64,000 nucleotides of DNA from Antedon mediterranea (Eukaryota > Animalia > Echinodermata), in contig NC_092676.1 in assembly GCF_964355755.1 (NCBI RefSeq), positions 997,788 through 1,061,787 on the forward strand. The letters run 5' to 3'. Below are positions 24,544 through 37,800 of the stretch, one piece after another. Made by a program: the position numbers and the translations under genes. The notes beneath the pieces are model-generated. The model made no database searches. It worked only from the letters and a program-made list of their open reading frames with translations, and was not told the DNA's origin. The stretch's first letter is position 1; each line of letters starts with the position of its first letter.

Positions 24544-27500
24544 AAAGATCGCACAAATACAACTTACAGAAATGAAGCTATTTATTGCCATCGTAGGCCT
24601 ATACTGCCGGTCAGCTATATTCATATAGTATAATGGATGCCCCTATTTAATATTTATCTCTTTTCCATATTTATTAGTTTTATTAAGTACACTGTTCTTA
24701 GACACGGTAACATTTATATACATTCCTTTGTTTAATTCACGTTAAATGGTTGCACACGCTTGTTGCTCCTCAATCATGTCCTACACAGTTTCTATTCATC
24801 CTATCTTTTTCGTTATTCCATAATACATTCCTATTTTATACCTAGCTTAGGGTTTCCTTTTCAGTCTGGTTACAGGTACACTGGTAATTTAGCTTTAATT
24901 CACTATGTATAACTAGAAGCATTACTACATGTAACGAGATGTATAATTACTCGCTTTTTAATGAACATATCGTGTATGTACGATCGACATCTGTCATAAA
25001 TTTACAGAGGGCGGTACACTGGTTTTAATGAACATTCCAAAATAAAATAGGAGTCGTGGAAATGTGCTTGTGATTATGTGTGCGCGCAAAATTGTCGATA
25101 ATAGCACAAACCAAATAATTTTACATTATACAGATGGTTGTTTTATTTTTTAAATTACTAAATTTACGTATTTTTGTAGATATTGTATGTCATGTGATAG
25201 CCTAGATTTAGACGACTTTTATTGTTAATAAATTAAATACAAATATCATTTGATTTTGCTACTAGTTCTTGTGCGGTACAACAGTGTCAATATTTCTGGC
25301 TCCTGGCTAATTTGAAAGAAACGTGAAGTGAAATACAGTATTTGAATTGTCACGTCTAGATCCAATGGTGTTTAAACTTCTTTATTATTTTAAAATTGTG
25401 GATCGTCACTTATTTGACCTACAGGGTAATAGTGGTAATTAATGAACTATAAAACCAAACCAAAGCAAAGGTTTGTAATAATAATTGTGAGATTATCACA
25501 GCGTACGTGAGATATCACGCACACTTTAAGCGTGCGTAAGATCACGCATACTTTAAGCGTGCGTTAGTTTACGCACATTTAACACACCCGTTGATAAGCA
25601 CATTAAACAACTATTTGTCGCTTCAGCTACACTGCTTTATGATAATAAAAGATAACATAATTTGTCAACATCGCTTCAACGCTACAGTATAACAGCTACC
25701 GTGTTTATTAACTGATCTGGAAAATGTTGAATGTCATCATTAAAAACTGCTTATAACGCTGTATTGGTCTGGGGAATAGATTATGAGATGAATAGAAATT
25801 ACTATAGCAATCTGACATTTAGGATAAATGTCCCATCTCATGATAATGCTATACGTAGCAGATGTTAAGTATTGTATTTCTATAAATTTATAATATTTTA
25901 ATAATCACTAACAATAGCATATTATTAAAAAAAAACAATTGGTGGTCGCGTCACTAATAGGCATTTTTGTGGGGTTTTCCATAATTCGACGGGAGATATT
26001 ATTTCTGCTGTATGTAGTGATATTCAACCAGAAACTTTATAAATTATTACGGTTTTTCATCCGAATCCATAATTGTACAAAACGACATGCATTAATATAT
26101 TAAACCATTGCGAGTGAGTTTTTAACGTGGGTTGTGCTTAAGACCATGCATCAGGGTTTATTTTCGGCATGTTAGTCCTGGCTTTATAATAATCGTTTAA
26201 GAGCTAAATCCGGTAATACTATAAATCGTTTTGTATGTATTGTTCCACGTGTAATTATACGATCAATATCTAACTTGAATCTGAACAAAATCTCAATGTC
26301 TGTGACGTTTCAATAACTTTATTCAAATATATTTTATTACCATAAATCCACAATAATAGCTTGTTTGTATTGAAGTCATTTGGTAATTAAAGACGTTCAC
26401 ATAAATTTTATATCGTTTTGTCACATTCCGCACGTCATACTGGGTATTAATTGCCTTTTGGACCTAAAACTAAAACAATATCTAGAACCACATTGTAAAT
26501 ACAGCACAGATATTTTGTATACATCCGTACTTGCCCACTCAAATACATGTATGGGTAAAATGTACAGCATGGCTTTGTGAACAATTACAAACGTTGGGAC
26601 TGGGGCGAAAAATATGAGGTGAATTCACTGTCGTTAACGTCGCGTCGTTTACGCGTGCGCACAAAAGACGTACATTATGAGAAGGGGCAAGTGTACGGGA
26701 AACAAGCAAGTAAACAATATAAAGTTTACGAGTGCGTGCACAAAACCCGTACATAAAGCTTGCTTGTAACCAATCACAAGCGGATAAATTGTTCAAACTG
26801 TCGTGTGTCACTGGTCAACTCGCTTGCGCTGCTCCTACGTCCTTGCGTTGCGTCCTAATGCAAACCAAGAGAGGATAAAATGCGTGTGCACAAAACCCGT
26901 ACATATGAATGAAGTGACATAATGTTTACGCGTGCGCATAAAAGTCGTACATAATATGAATGAAGTGACATAAAGTTTACGTGTGCGCATAAAAGCCGTA
27001 CATTTGAATGCTGGTGTGTCTGATTACGTAATCTATTCATCAGACATTATATAGAATATTGTTACCTAACTTACACATCATTTTAATTAAATATACTATA
27101 CTGCTCTATAATTATTTACAATGTTAAAATAAATATTTAAAATATCATTATACACATTCATACAAGTAAAAATGTTTCTTACATACGAATAATGTAGGAC
27201 TATTTTACATATACGACGTAGCATCAGCCACGCAACTGACGATAGTGATATATTAGCAGCCCATAGCTTAAAGCAACACACTCTACAGATACGTAGGCTA
27301 CATGTTGTCATTTGCAAATGCCAAAAAGAAAATTAAATACGCAGTGTGTGTTTTTACCATAGTAAGTGACAATAGGTGAACCGTGTTGTTAGGTAATGAA
27401 TTTGTGAATGTAAGTAGGTATATATTGTTTCACTTTGGCCATTTAGCAGCATAAATTGCCCATTATACATTGACCTACATACGGTTATATTACTCAAGTA

Positions 27501-27577
27501 TTCCAGTGTCCAACAGATAAATGTCCATATATATTCGGTATGTGTCCATATTCCAAGTCGCACCTTCTAGTGTGCTG

Positions 27578-30500
27578 TTATGGCGAGGAATGCCTCAACT
27601 TGGACTCCGTTGCATTTAAATCTGCTCGCGTAATAGATGCTGACCTGACGGTGACCCTTGGCGGATTAAATCGCGCGCATCGTGTTGTCTGCGTCTGACT
27701 TTCCTTATCCAATGATAGACGTTCGCGCCAAAGCTTCAGTACGTGGCGGTTGCACGTAAATGCAAGAAAGATGAAGAAGCCCTGTAACCCATTTAAGAAG
27801 ATGAACACGTACCAAAGAGCTGGGACGTTTGCGTATGAAGCGACGAATGCAAATCCCCATGTAAAGCCCATCAAACAAGATATCTGAAAATAGATAATCA
27901 AAATTGCCATTAAGAAACAAGATTTAGGAATATCATTTTAGGTGGTTTTAACCTGTTTTTGTTGGTACTAAATTTGGTAGGCCTATACGCAAAATTCTAA
28001 AGTTACCGTGTTTATCAATTATCGGCCTACAATTCTTAAGTTACGAGTTAGTTTTATTATCGGAACTTGAGTTGAAAATATTAATCATTATGTTCCTGTC
28101 AAAATATTAGTGGTTAATGCAAAAATGTTATGCCTACACTAACGTTTAACATGGATGTTTTATTAACGTTTTTGTTGAAAACATTTCAATACGTCATGAC
28201 GTCACAATGTCTTACCTTGATATACAACAAGACGTCGTCGAATTTTCTTGACTTCTTTACTTTGACTCCCAATGCGAAGTTTGATATCCTTCTTGCTTCC
28301 ATGATTTTATAAGATGTGAACAAAAACATGCCAAAATTCAGCAATAGACACACTGCAATGGGCAAAGCAAATGAGTAAAATAACTGCTGTTTGTCTTGTA
28401 TCCAGCAAAAAGTATCGCCTCCATATCTAAAATGTTTTGGAAAAGTGATATGCAGGCTTACACATGAGAGTACAATGAGTAGAGGTAGTCCCCAGCCGTA
28501 CATCGAATAAATGACAAGAAGTTTGGTGCTTCTTGATTGGTGAACACGATTGGTGTCGAAAACAAACACTCTGGCTAGATCGAAAGCCAAGACGTTTGTC
28601 CAAGTAAAAATCGACAGCCAGAAATAATGCACTATCGCGGCAATGATCTCACAAAATGTAGGTGTATCAGTGCTGTCAGCAAACGCTATGAATATAAATT
28701 GTGCAAAGAACAGAGCTGTTACCATGCACATTCGACAGATTCCGGGGAGATTCCGTAAAGATGGAAATATGCAAGAGTTTATAAAGGAAAGAAGTAAGCA
28801 AAACAGGGAGAATGATAATAGCACGTTGCTGATGTAAGACAAGATGACGTCAAACTTAGACGAGGGTGGAGCAGCAGAACTTCGGCCAGATGGTTTCAAA
28901 ATTGTACACGTGACCTGGCTAACATTTTCTCTTTCAGTTCTTCCATCGCTGCTTTTACTAGTTGTTCCGTTTGACTTGGTTTGACAACTTTGAAGACAAA
29001 TAAACCTATCATTTCCAGTTGTTGAAAAGACATTAGAAGATAACGAATCGCTGTAAGGGTCTGATCCAGATGATTCGGAAAGCGATGAAGAGAAACTTTC
29101 ACTGAAATAGTTATTCAAGTTTATAAATACCTCGGTTGATTCTGTTCCTTCTTCACCAGCAGGCAGTGTAATGTACGTCCCGTTTTCTTGCAACATATCT
29201 TTGGTAAGTTTCACCATTGTACCATTCTCACATTTGACGCACTGATTAAGTATTTCATCGTAAAATGTATTGTTTTGGCAGATCATCAACTGAGGAGGAT
29301 ATAACGCAATCGCACTGCCAGAAAACGCAAACAACTCGCTTAGTGGTACGGTTGCCGGCATCAGAGGCTTCTCCCAAGGGTCGTAGGATTCGTTCCTTGG
29401 ACATGTCATATTCCAAAACGGATAAACCCAGTTACACATAGCACAATGCGGATTCTTATAGATGATTCCATCTACTTTTAAAACGGCTGAGTAACCTTTG
29501 CAAGAAAACCTCAAATCATCACGTGTCTGTATTGGGCAATCACTGACAATATCTAGATCACATGGCCGAATGTACGGAGGACTGCGCGCGTTGTTAGAAG
29601 TAAACTTAAGTCGGTCAAAAAGGTTGTTCTCAATTTCAAGTTCGTATAGCGAGAAATCCGACTGCATTAACAGTAATGATTCATCGTTGCAGATAGCACA
29701 ATGTTCATTCCTGAAAAACGTCTTTTTAGATGTTACATACACAGCTGGGTGAGTGCTATTTGACTCATATATGCATCGTTTCTCCAGTCGGGTTCCCTTC
29801 CACCAGGAATGACAACTCGATATCATCAAAACACCCTCTAATAACCCTGGCATATTCCAAGTCTCTGGGTTCGATTCGCAGCTGTACAAGTTTCGTATAT
29901 TAAGTTCATTAGAAATAAAATCCAACTCTTGACTTAAAAGTTTGTTCAAAGATGCGTTTTTATGATGAAAGTTGTTATTGCACCTCAATTCAAAGTCTAA
30001 GCAACAATCCCCATATTGTGTACAAAGATAGTCGCAGTTACACTGATGTGTATCATCTTGTCTTTTCCCACAATGGTTAGCGCAAGAATGAACTCCACCA
30101 TTTTGTCCGATACAAAGCCCAACCTCTTCCTCACCATACGAGACTTGCACAACTAATGAAGAACAAATAACATGATAATATGATGAAGAACAAATAACAT
30201 GATAATATGATGAAGAACAAATAACATGATAATATGATGAAGAACAAATAACATGATAATATGATGAAGAACAAATTACATGATAATATGATGAAGAACA
30301 AATAACATGATAATATGATGAAGAACAAATAACATGATAATATGATGAAGAACAAATAACATGATAATATGATGAAGAACAAATAACATGATAATATGAT
30401 GAAGAACAAATAACACGATAATATGATGAAGAACAAATAACATTCTTAGTATAAACATTATTTTATTATTATTTTTTAAACCTGAGGAAATATAGAATGA

Positions 30501-30838
30501 TATATTTATATTTGTGTATCACAATTATAAAATATTTCTTTAGCAAACGTACTTTATAGGAACACCTAAGTATCTGGATATTACAGGTATTTAAACAAGT
30601 TAATTCCAAGTTAACATATAAGATCGTAAATGTATCTTATTTAAGTAATTTCCAGTTTTAACTAACATTAACGTGACAACTAATATTGCCTTGCATGGAA
30701 TGATGTATAATATAATTATCAGGAAGAAAAGTTTCCAGTTTTAACTAACATTAACATAAAACGTAAGTTGATCATTAGCTTACCTTGCATTGAAAGAGGC
30801 AAAACGATCATCAGGAAGAAAAATGCAAGGAAACCCAT
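27578..30838 (-). CDS. Family-B (secretin/adhesion/Methuselah-like) 7TM GPCR with somatomedin-B-like and Cys-rich ectodomain, 3 exons, ~765 aa
   Basis: Exons 30838-30784 (signal peptide MGFLAFFFLMIVLPLSMQ, phase 1), 30152-28216 and 27883-27578. SMB-like SCANHCG...CNCDYLCTQYGDCCLDF; repeats FRNEHCAICN and YKNPHCAMCN. 7tm_2 motifs LRNLPG, HYFWLSIFTW, YGWGLP, CWI, MGFTWGF, NGLQGFFIF. Confidence 0.92.
30156..30442. repeat. 27-bp minisatellite, ~10.5 copies, abutting the GPCR exon-2 acceptor
   Basis: Unit ATGAAGAACAAATAACATGATAATATG. Confidence 0.95.
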
Positions 30839-33129
30839 TTCAGTATCGGTAAGAAATACAGAAGAATAAAACTTGCAGAAAATAACAGTAGAGAGAGAAA
30901 ACCTCCAAGCTTTTTAAACTGACATTAATTTTAATGAAATAAAATATCTTGATAAATTCCAAATGTTTCTTCTGAAATGAAAATCAATATCTTACAGACG
31001 ACGAACAAACGAATTGAACGCGTTCAACGAATTGTTACCACGTTGTTTGAATCGACGACGTGTGTTCAAAAGAAAGAATATTTACAAAAGTATTTGGTTG
31101 TTTGAATTTAATTCTTTTATAACTATTGCCGATAGTGTCGGATTGTTCCATTTGCAGAGAGGTATATTTGATAATTGATTTTTATGAAAGTTAAAAATGT
31201 TGTTGGGCTCTTCCATTTAGCCTATTTGGAAGTGCAGTACATACAGTATTTAACTGATGGATTTTATCTAAAATCACAAAGTCGTTGGATTATTCCATTG
31301 ATGGAGAGGTAGTCCTACATATATTTTTTGTTCCATCTGAAGTATTAATTATGTTTATCGATAGAAATCGAAAATAAAATGGTTGGAAATTGTTCGTTGT
31401 TAAATTGTTTTCATTTTCAATTCGAATAGAACAAAATTCAAATGTCAAAGTTTCTAAAAACTCCAGAACATCATCAAATTCATATAAATGACGTCACGGA
31501 AAAAACTGTTCTGTGTCAGCAGACGATTGGACTGATTGGATTCTTGACACCAAAATGTGTAATCCAAATATCTCATCTCTACCATATAGCCTATTCAAAT
31601 GAGTTATAAATATCAACAGAATTGGCATTTAGTATTAGATAAATGGTATTTATTTAATCTTTATAGTGTTCATATAGTGTAACAATTGAGTGACGGATCA
31701 ATGTTAGCTTGTGTAGGATCAATAATGCAGTAATTTCACAGTAATAACAATTGTTGGAGAACAGTCAATACTACTAAGAATGTATATTGAATTATAATGA
31801 GATAGAAGAGATTAAGAATCCAGAATCTATAAACGAGTCACCCATTTTTTATGACGATTTCAGCATAGTATTCCAACTATTCATTCTCTTTTTAAATTAA
31901 TATTCTGTTTAACTTTCCTAACATTTATGTTCACACATATCAGCGACATTTCTGCATAACATTAAAACCATGTGGTCTACGCATGAGTGCAATTTCATTA
32001 ACTTATTTACCTGCCTTACCTATCCTGTCAGGTGATTTGGCCAATAAGGCTGCACATCGTTTCTCCGGTGGTGAACCCGGTCTTTGGCCAAAGGCTTGGA
32101 TTTGTTCCAAGATCCCCATCCCAGTGTCTTTCTCTCATTTTCACTGTATGTCCTTTTTTCTTAATTAACTAATTTTAATAGTCCAATTAAAACAATCCAA
32201 CCTGCATCAACGTTGGTAGGCCTACAAATTGATATTTTAGGTTGTTTTTGTGGAAGATGCTATTGTTAATTTACTGGTGAAATTTTCTATTTTTGTTTTG
32301 TATGATTTGTATATGAATGTACTATCAAAAATAAAATGAAATGAAATGAATGAATTGAAATATTATTTATATCCTTCAATATGAAGTTTATATTGTTGCA
32401 CGTAAATATTTTTCATTTATCAATATCAGTCTTTTATTTATTTATTATCTATTACCTACATCCGCATCGTCGCCGTTTTTGTTATCGTCATTTTTATTTT
32501 TGGATTGTTATTTTAGATGTTACTAATTTCATTGACTATGATTTTTATAAGTGCCTACTCCTGATTATAGTAACATAAATCATAGGACTGTATTCTAAGT
32601 TAGGTTTTATACTATTATGTTAGGATATTTGTCGCTTTGACGAGTTGGTTTTCATAATAGACACTATTGAATTATTACTAGTCATCTGTTATCGAATAGG
32701 AGATACAAATTAAATCCCTCATTTAGTTTTCTTTAAAACCTTTCCTCCCCCACCAACGCTTATTGTTAATGTATAACGCAAGAAGTTTCACAAAATGTTA
32801 TTATATCAATTTCAAATATTCACCCGGCGTTGAATAGTCGAAAGATATTGCATTTCATTCTTTTGTCCTATGACGTCCGCAGTGGCTATTAATTTAGCGT
32901 AGTGTATGTAATATAATGTGTTGGTGATGCTGTATAATCCTTGCTTGCGTTATTAACTGTATATATAATATTTACATTATACGTTTGGGACTCGAGGCAA
33001 TCATAGTAGCGCCTACGTCACTATTAGGTTCATGGCAAAAACACTTTACCACAAAATGTACCTGTGATGTAATATGAGGAGGAAAGCACAACAACATTAT
33101 CAACAAATTACAATCTACCCTTCAAATTT

Positions 33130-33475
33130 AGGTACCAATAATAATAGTATACAGTACTAATATAAGTTTCAATTTAACTACCAGTACCACTATAAGTTCA
33201 CATTTAAATTCCATTATAAATATAGGTTCCAATACAAGTAGGAATGCCAATTTATGTATCAATATAAGTTCCAATTTAAGTACCGCAAAATATTCCAATT
33301 TAAGTACCAATATAAAAATTAATATACGAATAGTATATACTCATTTAATTTTCAATTTAAGTACTGGTACCACTTGTAACATTCACGTTCCAATATAAAT
33401 ATTAGAAAGTCTGCCAATTGAAGTAGCAAAGTTCCGGTTGGCCTAGCACCAAATTAAGTAGCAATATAAGTTGCA
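33130..33475. repeat. Degenerate ~24-bp tandem repeat
   Basis: Recurrent AAGTACCAATATAAGTTCCAATTT-like units. Confidence 0.6.
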
Positions 33476-34884
33476 ATCAGTCAAGAGCGAGTGTTTCTAA
33501 TTCAAAAACTGATAATTGCACTCTAGATTAATAATGGTCAATATAAAATGAATTTAAATTGAAAATTATATTTGTATTTCAATCAAACCCTTCTTTCATT
33601 AAAGGGTGATTATAACCCAATTAATGGTAATCTTTTCACCTGGACCAGGTGTAATTAAAATTTACAGAGTAAGTTGCCAAAGTAGGTCACATCACGAACT
33701 TGATTACATAAGTACGGTATTCAACATTGCATTTTGATAAATGAACTTAAAACAGAAGTTTCTAAAGTTTAAAATATATTAAAAGCGCAATAATCCTCAT
33801 ATTTACAAATATTTTAGTATTGTCAAATGTCTATAAATATACCATACGATTGACCTGATATTTGTAATACAATGACGTCATCGTATATTATAAAATCTAA
33901 CCTATTCATTAAAAAAAATGCAAATGAAAACTATTGCACAGCAAACGAATGCATTATAATTACATTTCATAGTACAACCTATTTAAATATGAAAACGTGA
34001 TTGGTCGAAATCGCATCACATGACTATCGTTCCGAGGAGCATACCTAAACGTTATATTGCCCTACATGGTAACATAACATAATAGGAAGCAAACATGTAT
34101 AATGTCTAATGTCTATCAAGGTTATTTAGATATCAAAATGTCGTACTGTAAACAGTCTAAATTACGCACAGTCGTCGCAACGGACAGATAAATAATATAC
34201 TTCCCTGTATACGTACGCGCGCGTACATTTCTATCCGTTTTGGCACGCACGCGTCAAATTGTTGTTGTTGTTTTCATTGTTAATATATTCCAAAATTTTG
34301 CAGATTTCCAATTTCTGATTTATCGACATAAAAATCCCGACATTAAAAATCATTTAAATAATTGTGTTGTGCATTATTTGCTCTTTTGCAATCTAAAATA
34401 AAATTCATTAATGATTAACGTTCGTTCATAACAATATTCGCTTTAATTATTCTAAAACTATTGGGAATTCCAATGAACTTGAAATATATATTGATTCAGA
34501 TTATATCGGTCACCATTTTACAATCAATAGGGTATGAATGACGCAATCAAAACTCTTTCTAGGGATTACAACAATGTCATGTTTATTTAACAGAATATTA
34601 ATCGAATTTATATAATTGTCTCAGGTTCATTTCATTCATTTTGTTCGTATAGGTCAACATTATGAATTACTTACGGTAGGCCTACATCTTATGTTTAATG
34701 TTAAACAGAGTCAAATTCAATTTATTATGATATTTGAAATTCAATTATTGAAAAAATATTTTGGCCATTTTACAAAACAAAAAAAATCCCATGATTTTTC
34801 ACGCCAAAACGTTGACCCTTCTGTTATACATACCTCCTTTCTGATGACCTCATTTATTACATGCATAAGTCAAAATATTATATA

Positions 34885-37800
34885 ATAACTAGTTATTTCA
34901 AAAAAAAAAAAGGTCAAAATTTGTCATTTTTTCGAAAATTTTTCTGTACTATAGGCCTAATTAGTATAGGTATTTTTTCTGAAAACCCATTTAAAAAGTG
35001 GCGGAAATTTTGGGCATTTTTGGAAAAAAATCCCTGTAATATAGTTCAGGGAAATTTTCAAAAAATGACCAAATTTTGACCCTTTTATTTTTGACATAAC
35101 TAGTTACTACAGCTATATAAGATGATGATAACACAATATATGCGCATATATGGCATAAAAATTGAATTTTAAAAAGTGGCAATTTTCGCCCTTTTTAGAA
35201 AAAATCCATGTACTATAGTACCCTTAGTACGGGGAAATTTCCGAAAAATGGCCGATTTTACTTTTTTACATATATGTTACTATTGCATAATAAACATGCG
35301 CAGAGGCGAATAATGGGTTCTGCGCATGTCAATTGTGCTATAGTAACCAGTTTTGACATAACTGGTTACTATAGCATAATAAACATGCGCAGAGTCGAAT
35401 AATTGGTTCTGCGCATGTTAATTGTGCTATAGTAACCAGTTTTATCGAAAAATAAAAAGGTCGAACATTTTTTTGAAAAAATCCCTGTACTATAGTACAG
35501 GAAAATTTTCGAAAAATAACCGATTTTCGACCCTTTTATTTTTTGACATAAATGGTTACTATAGCATAATAAACATGCGCAGAGACGAATAATGGGTTCT
35601 GCGCATGTCAATTGTTCTATAGTAACCAGTTTTGACATAAATGGTTACTATAGCATAATAAACATGCGCATAGACGAATAATGGGTTCTGCGCATGTCAA
35701 TTGTGCTATAGTAACCAGTTTTGACATAAATGGTTAATATAGCATAATAAACATGCGCAGAGGCGACTAATGGGTTCTTCGCATGTCAATTGTGCTATAG
35801 TAACCAGTTTTATCGAAAAATAAAAAGGTCGAAAATTGGCCATTTTTTTGAAAAAATCCCTGTACTATAGTACAGGAAAATTTTCAAAAAATGACCGATT
35901 TTCGACCCTTTTATTTTTTGACATAAATGGTTAATATAGCATAATAAACATGCGCAGAGACGAATAATGGGTTCTGCGCTTGTCAATTGTGCTATAGTAA
36001 CCAGTTTTATCGAAAATAAAAAGGTCGAAAAGTTGCCATTTTTTGGAAAAAATCCCTGTACTATAGTACAGGAAAATTTTCAAAAAATGACCGATTTTCG
36101 ACCCTTTTATTTTTTGACATAAATGGTTAATATGGCATAATAAACATGCGCAGAGACGAATAATGGGTTCTGCGCTTGTCAATTGTGCTATAGTAACCAG
36201 TTTTATCGAAAATAAAAAGGTCGAAAAGTTGCCATTTTTTGGAAAAAATCCCTGTACTATAGTACAGGAAAATTTTCAAAAAATGACCGATTTTCGACCC
36301 TTTTATTTTTTGACATAAATGGTTAATATAGCATAATAAACATGCGCAGAGACGAATAATGGGTTCTGCGCTTGTCAATTGTGCTATAGTAACCAGTTTT
36401 ATCGAAAAATAAAAAGGTAAAAAATTTGCCATTTTTTGGAAAAATTCCCTGTACTATAGTACACGAAAAAATTCGAAAAATGACCGATTTTCAACCCTTT
36501 TATTTTTTGACATAAATGGTTACTATAGCATAATAAACATGCGCAGAAACGAATAATGGGTTCTGCGCATGTCAATTGTGCTATAGTAACCAGTTTTGAC
36601 ATAAATGGTTAGTATAGCATAATAAACATGTGCAGAGGCGACTAATGGGTTCTGCGCATGTCAATTGTGCTATAGTAACCAGTTTTATCGAAAATAAAAA
36701 GGTCGAAAATTTGCCATTTTTTGGAAAAAATCCCTGTACTATAGTACAGGAAAATTTTCAAAAAATGACCGATTTTCGACCCTTTTATTTTTTGACATAA
36801 ATGGTTAATATAGCATAATAAACATGCGCAGAGACGAATAATGGGTTCTGCGCTTGTCAATTGTGCTATAGTAACCAGTTTTATCGAAAAATAAAAAGGT
36901 AAAAAATTTGCCATTTTTTGGAAAAATTCCCTGTACTATAGTACACGAAAAAATTCGAAAAATGACCGATTTTCAACCCTTTTATTTTTTGACATAAATG
37001 GTTACTATAGCATAATAAACATGCGCAGAGACGAATAATGGGTTCTTCGCATGTCAATTGTGCTATAGTAACCAGTTTTGACATAAATGGTTAGTATAGC
37101 ATAATAAACATGCGCAGAGGCGACTAATGGGTTCTGCGCATGTCAATTGTGCTATAGTAAACAGTTTTATCGAAAAATAAAAAGGTCGAAAATTGGGCAT
37201 TTTTGGAAAAAATCCCTGTACTATAGTACAGGAAAATTTTCGAAAAATGACCGATTTTCGACCCTTTTATTTTTTGACATAAATGGTTACTATAGCATAA
37301 TAAACATGCGCAGAGACGAATAATGGGTTCTTCGCATGTCAATTGTGCTATAGTAACCAGTTTTGACATAAATGGTTAGTATAGCATAATAAACATGCGC
37401 AGAGGCGACTAATGGGTTCTGCGCATGTCAATTGTGCTATAGTAAACAGTTTTATCGAAAAATAAAAAGGTCGAAAATTGGGCATTTTTGGAAAAAATCC
37501 CTGTACTATAGTACAGGAAAATTTTCGAAAAATGACCGATTTTCGACCCTTTTATTTTTTGACATAAATGGTTACTATAGCATAATAAACATGCGCAGAG
37601 ACGAATAATGGGTTCTGCGCATGTCAATTGTGCTATAGTAACCAGTATTGACATAAAATGGTTAATATAACATAATAAACATGCGCTGAGGCGACTAATG
37701 GGTTCCGCGCATGTCAATTATGCTATAGTAACCAGTTGTATCGAAAATAAAAAGGTCGAAAATTTGCCATTTTTTTGAAAAAATCCCTGTACTTATAGTA

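Noticed and set aside
31400-32200. Possible decayed retroelement fragment upstream of the GPCR
   Set aside because: No recognisable RT or endonuclease motif by eye.
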